From positions 1 through 64,000 of the IMG/VR virus record IMGVR_UViG_3300021311_000141: 64,000 bases of DNA, one strand, 5' to 3'. The position numbers were made by a program, and so were the translations under genes. The notes below the pieces were generated by a model, which did not search any database, was not told the DNA's origin, and saw only the letters and a list, made by a program, of their open reading frames with translations. Of the stretch, positions 36,486-44,557 are shown piece after piece (positions within the stretch are counted from its first letter, which is position 1; the number at the start of each line of letters is the position of its first letter). The DNA comes from a virus. Taxonomy: Duplodnaviria; Caudoviricetes.

Positions 36486-36875
36486 TTACTTTTTGGCGTT
36501 GCCGTTCTTGGCATTGGCCTGGGCGGCATCCGTCTTGGGAGCGTCGGCGGCCTTGTCGGCCTGGGCCGGGCTGTCACCTTCCTTTGCGGCCTGGGCCGGA
36601 GCCGCCCCGTCCGTCTTGGGAGCGTCGGCGGCCTTGTCGGCGTCAGAAGCCGTGGACGCCTGGGGCTGTCGGGCTTCGGCGGAACCGTCCGCAACTTCCA
36701 CGATTTTCAGCAGCGGGTACCGCTGCTTGAGGCGCGACACGGTAGCCTTGGCCGTGTCATCGGGCAGGCTGATCAGCACGTCCTTGCACATGCCGGGGAT
36801 GTCGATGCGGACGCGCCCCGCCAGGCAAATGGAGCCCTCGCCGTTATTCGTGACCTTGTAGTTTTTCATCTGCAT
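36486..36875 (-). CDS. Small virion protein with low-complexity Ala/Asp/Lys tail
   Basis: Between capsid and sheath; exact 32-bp direct repeat at 36529-36560 and 36610-36641 (ADKAADAPKTD twice). Confidence 0.6.
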   Translation of the reverse strand: MQMKNYKVTNNGEGSICLAGRVRIDIPGMCKDVLISLPDDTAKATVSRLKQRYPLLKIVEVADGSAEARQPQASTASDADKAADAPKTDGAAPAQAAKEGDSPAQADKAADAPKTDAAQANAKNGNAKK

Positions 36876-36902
36876 GGCTTTCTCCTTATGCCTGTGCTGG
36901 GG

Positions 36903-38504
36903 CTATTCGCTGACGAAATTCAGCTTGCAGAGGTACTTCTCGCCGTCGAAGGGCTGCATGTCGCGGTAGGCCAGATCCCACATGGTGGCGCGCTGGGTGA
37001 GGTCGCCCATGACGGGATGGCGGAAGGTCTGGGCGGGCACGGCGTCGCCGGCGACATAGGCCGTCTGGCCATGGTCGGGGCCCTTGGCGAAGCAGAGAGC
37101 CTGCCAGCCATCCATGTAGGGGTTGCAGTACAAATCCCACTGCCCGAAGACGCGGCCCACATAGTGCGGCTGGGCCAGAGAACGATAGCCGGGAGCGGCC
37201 ACGAACAACGGATCGCGGAGGTAGCGGAAGACATTGGTGGCCTGGACGCCAGCAACGATGCCCACAAGGCCGGAAACGCCGTTGCCGACCATGAGCTTGG
37301 AATCGACTTCCAGCAGGGCGGCGTTCAGGCTTTCGTAATGCTGGTGCAGGGTCAGTTCGGGACTGCCGACGTAGCACCATTCCACGCTGTCCTGGGCATG
37401 GAAGAGCATGTCATGCAGGTTCTTCTTGTCCTTGTCGGCCGCCAGAAGATTGCGAAGGCCCTGCATGGTCAGGTTGTCGATGTCCTGCCCCAGCTCGCGG
37501 CGCAGCGTCCAGATCGCCTGGATCGTGGCGTTGCCGGCGATGGCCGATTCGTGGGGATACAGGACGTGAGAGAACATCTGGTGGTCAATGCGCGGGATGA
37601 GCTCCGGCGCGTTTTCGATGTTCACGTCAAAGCCGACATGCAGGGGCGTCTGGGCGGCGGGGGCGGTGGTGAACTCAACCTCGACCTGCCCCGTGGCATA
37701 GTCCACCGTGCCGGACACGACCACGGTGGAATCGCCGCTGACATAGGTGCCCACCATTGCGCCGTTGCCGTTGTCCTCGGCGACCACCTTGTGATTGGCC
37801 CAGATGCGGGTGCGCTTCGGCTTGAAGGGGTAGACCTTGCCGTGGATGCTCTTGGAATCGAAGCTGAACTTCTTGGTGCTGCCGTCGCCGACGCCCAGTT
37901 CGACGCGCTGATCCATGACGGAGTACAGGCCGTCGTAGTTGAATTTGATGATGTCGCCCTTCTGTTTGGTGCCGAAGGTCGATCCGGCCACACGGAAGAC
38001 GCGGAAGAACTCGCTCTGATTGAACTCGCCGGGAATGAACGTCACCATGTTGGCGGTGATGGTCTGCAGCAGCACGGGCAGCACCAAGGAAATGAGGCGG
38101 TCGCGCAGCATGATGCCCTCGGTGGTGCTCATGTCCGCGCTTTCATACACGCCCCCGCCCAGGGTGGCCTTGCCGGTGGCGAGCAACAGGGCGTTTTCCA
38201 CAGCCTTGTGAGCGGACGCCAGCAGATCGTCGGACGGCAGATGCCCGTGGATGCGCTCATAGCCCTGCAGGGCGCGGGAATGAACGGCGGCAATCATGGC
38301 GCCGTTCTGCGACATGGCATAGGCGGAATCGGAAATGGCGCTTTCAAGCACCTGATCGCGGTGTTTCGCGTCGGCGGCGGTCTTGGGCCGGATGAACCCG
38401 CCGTCATCGGCGCGGAAGGGGTCAACAAGAATGCGGCGCATGGCGGCGGCGCGTGTTGCGATGTCCGCCACCTGCTGCTGGTAGGAATTGATTTTGTCAG
38501 CCAT
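36903..38504 (-). CDS. Major capsid protein (P1 gp23-like, with an inserted Ig-like segment)
   Basis: 533 aa; VLPVLLQTITANMVTFIP, HESAIAGNATIQA..RELGQDI and YVAGDAVPA motifs; gene order. Confidence 0.85.
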   Translation of the reverse strand: MADKINSYQQQVADIATRAAAMRRILVDPFRADDGGFIRPKTAADAKHRDQVLESAISDSAYAMSQNGAMIAAVHSRALQGYERIHGHLPSDDLLASAHKAVENALLLATGKATLGGGVYESADMSTTEGIMLRDRLISLVLPVLLQTITANMVTFIPGEFNQSEFFRVFRVAGSTFGTKQKGDIIKFNYDGLYSVMDQRVELGVGDGSTKKFSFDSKSIHGKVYPFKPKRTRIWANHKVVAEDNGNGAMVGTYVSGDSTVVVSGTVDYATGQVEVEFTTAPAAQTPLHVGFDVNIENAPELIPRIDHQMFSHVLYPHESAIAGNATIQAIWTLRRELGQDIDNLTMQGLRNLLAADKDKKNLHDMLFHAQDSVEWCYVGSPELTLHQHYESLNAALLEVDSKLMVGNGVSGLVGIVAGVQATNVFRYLRDPLFVAAPGYRSLAQPHYVGRVFGQWDLYCNPYMDGWQALCFAKGPDHGQTAYVAGDAVPAQTFRHPVMGDLTQRATMWDLAYRDMQPFDGEKYLCKLNFVSE

Positions 38505-38616
38505 GGGATTGCTCCGTAGGTTTGGGCCGCAGGATTGCGGATTTCGGCAACTTCCCGTGAAGTGCCGCCGTTTGGAGCAATCGTGCCCGCCATTTTCGCG
38601 GGCTGACAGGAAAAGT

Positions 38617-38641
38617 TGTCTAAATCTGGCAGAGTTAGACA
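38617..38641. promoter_or_regulatory. Hyphenated palindrome, copy 3, upstream of the major capsid operon
   Basis: TGTCTAA-A-TCTG-G-CAGA-G-TTAGACA; the best-formed copy; adjacent A-tract. Confidence 0.75.
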
Positions 38642-38795
38642 GGACAGGAAATTTTTTTTCGAGGATTTATCGGAAAGTCCACTTTTTCGTTCCGGTGGGG
38701 GATGAAAATGGGGAGAACAAATGTTTTCCCTATAGGAAGATGTGCGGATTGTCCGCGCAGGTTCCTATAAGAATTAACCCTCAAAAAGAGGTATT

Positions 38796-39050
38796 ATGAT
38801 GTATAATATCGTGTTACCAAAGCCACTTGACCGTGCCAGCTCGGAAGAAATTGACAAGGGATTATTTTTTGGTTTTGTGGAGGACAGCGATGGATTCTAT
38901 GAAGTATATAACATTTTTTGGAAGGCAGGCGGAGGGCTCTCTGGCATCTTATTTGGGAAATGCGAACGAGCTATTGATATGTGGAAACTATATAATAAAT
39001 ATGCACAACGCAAATTACTATTTAAGGAAATGAAACGGATGCTCAATTAA
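38796..39050 (+). CDS. AT-rich hypothetical protein (moron)
   Basis: GAGG SD, low GC, opposite orientation to the flanking late genes. Confidence 0.6.
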   Translation: MMYNIVLPKPLDRASSEEIDKGLFFGFVEDSDGFYEVYNIFWKAGGGLSGILFGKCERAIDMWKLYNKYAQRKLLFKEMKRMLN

Positions 39051-39105
39051 CCGAAATAACCGCCCACCAAGATACAACTGTCTTGGTGGGCGGCCACAGT
39101 ATCGG

Positions 39106-39384
39106 CTACACCCTGAGCTTCTGGCCGTATTCCTTGGACACGCGGATGGAGAGCACACGACAGGCGGGAATGGTGACGGGTTGCCCTGTGCGCGGGTTCC
39201 GCCCCGTGCGCGCCGCCCGCTCCTTGGTGACAATCTTGCCGATGCCCTGCAGGGGTACGGAACCGAGGTCTTTGTTCAGTTCGGCCGCCATGATGCCGCA
39301 GAGCGTGTTGAAATACTTTTCGGCCCTGGCGTTGGTCAGGCCTTCCGCCTCCTGAAACTTCTTGATCAATTCCGCCTTGGTCAT
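39106..39384 (-). CDS. HU/IHF-family DNA-binding protein
   Basis: MTKAELI start; VPLQGIGKIVTKERAARTGRNPRTGQPVTIPA signature; GGAGG SD. Confidence 0.92.
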   Translation of the reverse strand: MTKAELIKKFQEAEGLTNARAEKYFNTLCGIMAAELNKDLGSVPLQGIGKIVTKERAARTGRNPRTGQPVTIPACRVLSIRVSKEYGQKLRV

Positions 39385-39411
39385 GTTTTCCTCCAGTTTG
39401 CGCATGACGTG

Positions 39412-40236
39412 TCAATGCGAATGATGGTTGCTGTTGCCTGCGGCGTCCATGATGGAGCCCTGCGCGGTGACATTCTGCTCGCAGGATAGATCGTCCTTCA
39501 TGGTCGTGGGCCCCTCGAAGCGCAGCCCGCCCCCGCCGGTCATGGTGCCCTGCGTTTTCGCCCCCAGAGCGAGGCTTGAGCCGGTGCTGGCGAAGGTGGC
39601 CTCGCCCGTGGATGTTTCGGTCATGGAGCCCTCGACAATTTTCTCGAAATTGCCCTTGATAATCTGCTTCAGATCGCCATCGTACTCTTCCAGCGTATTC
39701 CCCTTGACGCTGGCGAACATGTCGCCCTCGCAGTGCATGATCATGTGTCCGGCCGGCGTAATCTCAATGGCAGAGCCGCTTGTCATCTGGGTTACGCGGA
39801 TAGTGCCTGAACGGCAGAGCTGAATCAAGGCGTGGTTCTGGCAGTACACCACGTCCTCATAGTACGGCGCGGCTTCCGGCTTGGGCTGCCTGTCTGTGCG
39901 CTTATGCGGATACTGTCCGTCGCCCTGGCAGACATCCGGGGCCAGGTTGACCTTGCCGCCTGGGCTGGCCTGCGCCGAGCCGATGACAAGGGGGCGGCGT
40001 GAATCGCCCTCGACAAAGCGCACCCACACCTTGTCGCCCACCTGCACGGGATTGATGGCGCCCTCGCCGGGGCGCGAACCCAGGGGCAGAACGAAATTCG
40101 CCCACGGCAGCGAGGCCACGGGCACCCCGTCGAACACGTCATAGACGTTGACCTTGATGCGGCACCGCTTGTCAGGATCGGCTACGGAAACAACCTCTCC
40201 CACATAGGTGCTGTCGTATTTTTTAGAATGGCTCAA
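39412..40236 (-). CDS. Baseplate central spike (P1 gp5 / gpV-like; start uncertain)
   Basis: YVGEVVSVADPDKRCRIKV and VGDKVWVRFVEGDSRRP OB-fold motifs, then beta-helix repeats ending in HHSH. Confidence 0.85.
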   Translation of the reverse strand: MSHSKKYDSTYVGEVVSVADPDKRCRIKVNVYDVFDGVPVASLPWANFVLPLGSRPGEGAINPVQVGDKVWVRFVEGDSRRPLVIGSAQASPGGKVNLAPDVCQGDGQYPHKRTDRQPKPEAAPYYEDVVYCQNHALIQLCRSGTIRVTQMTSGSAIEITPAGHMIMHCEGDMFASVKGNTLEEYDGDLKQIIKGNFEKIVEGSMTETSTGEATFASTGSSLALGAKTQGTMTGGGGLRFEGPTTMKDDLSCEQNVTAQGSIMDAAGNSNHHSH

Positions 40237-41239
40237 GAGCGACCGCCCCCTTGATGCGGCAGTAGTATTTTGAGGACGAATACCAGTGGGCCACGGATTC
40301 AACCACAACCCTGTCGGGCAGGCCTTCATTGATGGGGTTCGCCGGGTCTGGCGTGTGCCAGACGAGCTTGAGTGCCTGGCCTGCGGTGACGGACATGTTG
40401 CCAAGGGTGACGAAGTCAATGGCCGTCTTCTTGGCGACAGGGCCGTTGCCGAGAACGAAGGGGCTCGGCGAGCCTGTGATGGCTGTCGGCTTGGAACCGG
40501 CCCTGGAGAGGACGGGCATGTCCAGCGCCGTCTTGACGCGCCCCGTCACCTCATTCCAGCCCGTGAAGGTGCGGATGGCCGCTTCCTGCGCTTTCATCTG
40601 GAACGACGGCTTGGTGTACCGCACGATGGCGTTTTCATGGCTGATTGTGCCCCAGTGGAAGGTGACGGACGGCGGCTGGGCTATCATCTCGGCAAAGCGT
40701 TTCATCTGCATGGAGCCGCGGGCATACCAGACGTGCGCCCCCTGCTCGGCGGCGATCTGCCGCAGCAGGGCGGACGGACGCTCACCGGCGATGCAATGGT
40801 AGTTCTCGACCACCGGGAACTTCCCCAGGGAGAATTTCATGCCGGAGGCAAAGGCCTTGAGGATTTCGATGATGCCGCGCTGTGCGAAGATGCGCGTTCT
40901 GTCCGCCATTTTCTTCATCTCGAAGACAGGCTTTGCCATGAGGTTGATGCGCACCATGCCGTCCTGGTCAGGCTTGCACGTCAGGACGATGAATTTCTCC
41001 TTTTCGCTCACGCCCCCTTCACGCCACGGGTCGCCGAAGGATACGGAAAATTCGTCGTACTCCTTGACCTGCAACTGGTTCTTGATGCGCTCTTCGGGGT
41101 CGGCATACACGAGCATGAGCTTTGGCCCGTCCAGCTCGATGGATTCAACGTAGGTGCCTTCCTTGAGGTATCCCGCGTCGATTTCCTCTCCGCTGGACTC
41201 ATGCACCACTCTGGTGAATATGCAGATGTTGTCAATCAT
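40223..41239 (-). CDS. Baseplate hub (P1 gp6 / gpD-like)
   Basis: ERPSALLRQIAAEQGAHVWYARG and CRIKGA end; ATGA overlap with the upstream gene. Confidence 0.7.
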   Translation of the reverse strand: MIDNICIFTRVVHESSGEEIDAGYLKEGTYVESIELDGPKLMLVYADPEERIKNQLQVKEYDEFSVSFGDPWREGGVSEKEKFIVLTCKPDQDGMVRINLMAKPVFEMKKMADRTRIFAQRGIIEILKAFASGMKFSLGKFPVVENYHCIAGERPSALLRQIAAEQGAHVWYARGSMQMKRFAEMIAQPPSVTFHWGTISHENAIVRYTKPSFQMKAQEAAIRTFTGWNEVTGRVKTALDMPVLSRAGSKPTAITGSPSPFVLGNGPVAKKTAIDFVTLGNMSVTAGQALKLVWHTPDPANPINEGLPDRVVVESVAHWYSSSKYYCRIKGAVALEPF

Positions 41240-41940
41240 GCCATCTGCCGCCAGTCCGTTACCAGCCGAATGTAGTCCGGGTACTCGCACTTAGCGCCGT
41301 ACACGGCCTGCGTGTTCACTTCGGCCATGGTGCGCGAACCCCACAGGCGGGTGCCCTCTTCATCCATCTGCTCAAAGGATGTGAGTATTTCCCGCGGCGC
41401 ATTCAGGGACGCGCCGACCTCGAAACGCTCCCCGTCAAGGGTATAGGGGACTGTGAATCGGCTGTGCTTGCGCCGCAGCGGGGCCACATGCGCCCACCAG
41501 GCCAGGGCCATGCGCTCGATGCTGGCCCTATCCCACGCCAGAAAAAGAATGGAATAGGTCAGCGTCAGCGGTATGGTTGTCACCCGCATGGCCGCGTCTG
41601 ACGCCATGACCGTTTCCTCGCCGACGAAGCGCGTCACCTCGGCCACCTGTATGTGCTGGTTGGCATCCGGCGCGATGCCCTGTTCCCGGTAATACATGAC
41701 CACGGGCAGATCCGGGCCCCGGCGGTGCGGCTCATCTTCCAGGTGCGCCAATTTGCGCATTGCCGCCTGCACGTTGTCGTTTTTCACGAAATAGATGCGT
41801 TCCGCGTCCGGGCGGGCAAGGAACCGCTGGAACGCTTTGGGGCCGCTGTCCATGGCCAGGGCTCCGAAGCAGCCCGCGATGACGCCGCCCACGGCAAAAT
41901 CCACCGCCTGCAGGTCGGTTATATGCGCGCCGGCCATCAC
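41236..41940 (-). CDS. Tail terminator/completion protein (P1 gp24-like)
   Basis: LPVVMYYRE and IPLTLTYSILFLAWDR motifs; 5-6-24-7-25-26 gene order. Confidence 0.65.
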   Translation of the reverse strand: MMAGAHITDLQAVDFAVGGVIAGCFGALAMDSGPKAFQRFLARPDAERIYFVKNDNVQAAMRKLAHLEDEPHRRGPDLPVVMYYREQGIAPDANQHIQVAEVTRFVGEETVMASDAAMRVTTIPLTLTYSILFLAWDRASIERMALAWWAHVAPLRRKHSRFTVPYTLDGERFEVGASLNAPREILTSFEQMDEEGTRLWGSRTMAEVNTQAVYGAKCEYPDYIRLVTDWRQMA

Positions 41941-42521
41941 AGCACCCCCACCTGCGGCGCGGCGCCGCCGTTATCATCCCCCTCCGGCTCCGCGTCCTGC
42001 TCCACCCCGCTTCCGTCAAGCTGCGGCACTTCCCCAAGCGCGGGGAGGGGTTGGCAGACATAAACCATACCTGCTCCCAGGGTGCGGCCCATGGGCCGGA
42101 TGTCGGCCACATACACCGTGCGCGTCACGGTTTCCCCACCCTCAAGCGAGCGGTATTCAAGCCACTGGACAATGGAGTGCAGACGCAGGTTCGGCTCGGA
42201 CAGCAGCAGGCGGATGGCGTCGGACGCCGCGTGAAAGCTCTCGAAGCCGCCCGAATCCGTTGCGTCAAAGGCAAGTTCCTGCGTGGGGGCCACCATGGCC
42301 CGGCCCTGCATGGGCGGGTCAAATTCCTGGGCGCGCTCGTCCCGGTCAAGCAGCGTCGCCACCGGGGCGTTGTCCGCAAGAATCTCATTATGTTCAGACG
42401 CCCGTGCGGGATAGATGATACAGTCAAAGGCCTCCGGGTGATCCCGCAGCATGACGGCGTAACTGTGGTTGAGCACACCGCCTGCCGGCTTGTAGGAACG
42501 CGGCGTCATGGGGACTGTCAT
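41937..42521 (-). CDS. Neck/head-completion protein (P1 gp7 position)
   Basis: Gene order; HPEAFDCIIYP..LLLSEPNLRLHSIVQW. Confidence 0.55.
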   Translation of the reverse strand: MTVPMTPRSYKPAGGVLNHSYAVMLRDHPEAFDCIIYPARASEHNEILADNAPVATLLDRDERAQEFDPPMQGRAMVAPTQELAFDATDSGGFESFHAASDAIRLLLSEPNLRLHSIVQWLEYRSLEGGETVTRTVYVADIRPMGRTLGAGMVYVCQPLPALGEVPQLDGSGVEQDAEPEGDDNGGAAPQVGVL

Positions 42522-43570
42522 AGGTTGTGCTCCTTGATGATGGCGTCAATCTGGGCGCGGGTCAGTCTTTGCGCTTTCGCCAGTTGATTGAGCATGGTGT
42601 CCGGCTTCATGTTGGCGGCCCTCGCCAGCTTCAGAAACGTCTTGATGGCGTTCAAAACCTCTTTCGACACTTTCGGCGCCGCAGCCGCCCCGCTGCCGCT
42701 GTCCGGCTTCCTGGGGCGCAACCGACGCTTGATTTGCGCGGCCTCTTTCTCATATATGCGGAAGGCCAGCATGGCGGCGCGCGTCATGCGCTTGGCCTGG
42801 GCAAGCCTCAAGTCCGCCGCGGAAAGCACTTCCTTGCGCATCCCGCCTGTGAATCCCGGCTTGGCGCGCTCCCTGTCCAGCTCCTTTGCCAGCAGGAACA
42901 TGACCCGCGTGCTCTTGAGGTCGTGCAGCACCTTGAGGACATGCTTGCAGCAGCAGCCGGTCAGTTGCGGGTTGCGGATTTTGGGGAATCCTGTCTCCGT
43001 GGGCTTCAGGGCATAGTTGCCCAGCGTGGCGAGGTAGCGATACCAGTATTGGTGGCGGCCGCACGGACACTCGAAGGACAGCCGCCCGGCAATCATGTTC
43101 TTCACGGCTTTGAGGGCCGGTGTGGCGTCCGTGATGTAGGAGTTCCACTCCTCCAGCTTGATCTGCACCCGGTAGAACGCCTGATGGTTGCCCGTCACCT
43201 GAAAATAGATGATGTCGCCCTTTCTCTGGTACAAGGTTGCGCCGCGCACCTGCTTTGACCGCTTCACGTCCACCGGGCGGGACGCGCGTATCAGCGCCCC
43301 GTAGGGGACGCCGTGCGCCCCGTGTCTGGGGTTGAAGGCCTTGCGCGTCTTTTCGATGGTGTTGAGGAACTGGCGCAGCTCTTCGGGGCTGAAAACCTCC
43401 TGCGTCATCCCGTAGGCCAGCACAATGCGCTGCCTGTCCGCGTGACTGGCGATGGGCTGGGTTTTCAGGATGCCGTGCGCGTTCTTGCGCACAGCCGCCG
43501 CCTCCTTGGCCTCTTCATTGGCCTGGCGGTCAAATTCCTTGAAAAGCGCCCGCAGGTTCGCCTCGTTCAT
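42518..43570 (-). CDS. P1 gp25-like protein with a SWIM-type zinc finger
   Basis: SFECPCGRHQYWYRYLAT and GCCCKHVLKVL; gene order. Confidence 0.65.
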   Translation of the reverse strand: MNEANLRALFKEFDRQANEEAKEAAAVRKNAHGILKTQPIASHADRQRIVLAYGMTQEVFSPEELRQFLNTIEKTRKAFNPRHGAHGVPYGALIRASRPVDVKRSKQVRGATLYQRKGDIIYFQVTGNHQAFYRVQIKLEEWNSYITDATPALKAVKNMIAGRLSFECPCGRHQYWYRYLATLGNYALKPTETGFPKIRNPQLTGCCCKHVLKVLHDLKSTRVMFLLAKELDRERAKPGFTGGMRKEVLSAADLRLAQAKRMTRAAMLAFRIYEKEAAQIKRRLRPRKPDSGSGAAAAPKVSKEVLNAIKTFLKLARAANMKPDTMLNQLAKAQRLTRAQIDAIIKEHNL

Positions 43571-43908
43571 TGTTGCTCCATCTCGCAGTAATGCTTGATG
43601 CGCTCGCGTATCCAAACCGTTGAGGGCAGATAGATGACGCTGCCGCTTTCCAGCGTATTCCGCGTGTCATCAAGGCCTGCGGCGGCCATGACCGTCCACT
43701 TGAGCGTGTCCACGCCGTATGCCTTCCATGCTATCAGTTCCGGGCGCAGCACGTCGGCCGGCTGGACGACGTAAAAGCCCCATTCCTCCCCGCGGTATTT
43801 CCTGTCTGTCTGCGCAAGGCGGATTTCCCGCAGCATCTCCGCGCGCAACAGGGGGTCGGCGATGTTCAGCGGCGACAGCCTGCCGCCGGATGATTCCACG
43901 CTATACAT
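43567..43908 (-). CDS. LysM-like baseplate wedge protein (P1 gp26 / T4 gp53-like)
   Basis: RPELIAWKAYGVDTLKWTVMAAAGL..IYLPS. Confidence 0.75.
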   Translation of the reverse strand: MYSVESSGGRLSPLNIADPLLRAEMLREIRLAQTDRKYRGEEWGFYVVQPADVLRPELIAWKAYGVDTLKWTVMAAAGLDDTRNTLESGSVIYLPSTVWIRERIKHYCEMEQQ

Positions 43909-44557
43909 GCTTTTTCGCCTCCACTTCCTTCACACGGGCTTCAAGCCGTTGGCGGCGCGTTTCATAGTCCTGCGCCATGACGCGGAACACAGGCCAGATA
44001 GGGCGCGATTTTTTGGGTGTCGGCAGCGCCCCGACGAAACGCCGCATCCAGTGCTCGGACAGGGGATCCTCCATGACAGCCCCGGCAACGCACATGAGCA
44101 GGGCGCGATGCCCCGCAGAAAATTCAAGCCAGTTGACCCGATAGACAAGCCGCCCCTTTTCGTCATGGGCGACGTCGATCATGTCCGTGGCATTGCCCAT
44201 GCGCAGGGCGTACCGCTTCATGGTGGGGTCGAGTATGATGCTTCCGCGGCCGTCGAGGGCGAAATACCAGTCGAGGGCGCTCTGCAGATTTGTCCTGCCG
44301 TCCGGCCCGGCAGCGTCGAAATTGTAGAGGATGGCGTCAGCCGGGAAGGAATGGGTGCGGTCTTCAACTAGAACCACCCAGCCGCTTGTCACCTTGGCGC
44401 GCACGTCTTCCAGCATGGTGGGAAGCCACTGCGCGGGCGCTCCCGTGATGTCGCGCAGTTCCGTGAGAATGAGATTCGCGCCGTCCCACATGCCCACGGC
44501 CTGCGCCCGGCGGGTTCCCTCAAGGGATATGGCGAGGATCTTCTTTCTACCGTCCAC
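43901..44557 (-). CDS. Conserved hypothetical phage protein (start revised to GTG at 44557)
   Basis: Overlaps the terminase stop; the upstream part of the listed ORF is a shadow of pacB. Confidence 0.6.
   Translation of the reverse strand: MDGRKKILAISLEGTRRAQAVGMWDGANLILTELRDITGAPAQWLPTMLEDVRAKVTSGWVVLVEDRTHSFPADAILYNFDAAGPDGRTNLQSALDWYFALDGRGSIILDPTMKRYALRMGNATDMIDVAHDEKGRLVYRVNWLEFSAGHRALLMCVAGAVMEDPLSEHWMRRFVGALPTPKKSRPIWPVFRVMAQDYETRRQRLEARVKEVEAKKHV

Noticed and set aside
35223-38519. 1098-aa plus-strand ORF and other long antisense ORFs (e.g. 7163-8764, 13513-15327, 33521-34741)
   Set aside because: Shadow frames opposite well-supported high-GC minus-strand genes; no recognisable motifs or SD
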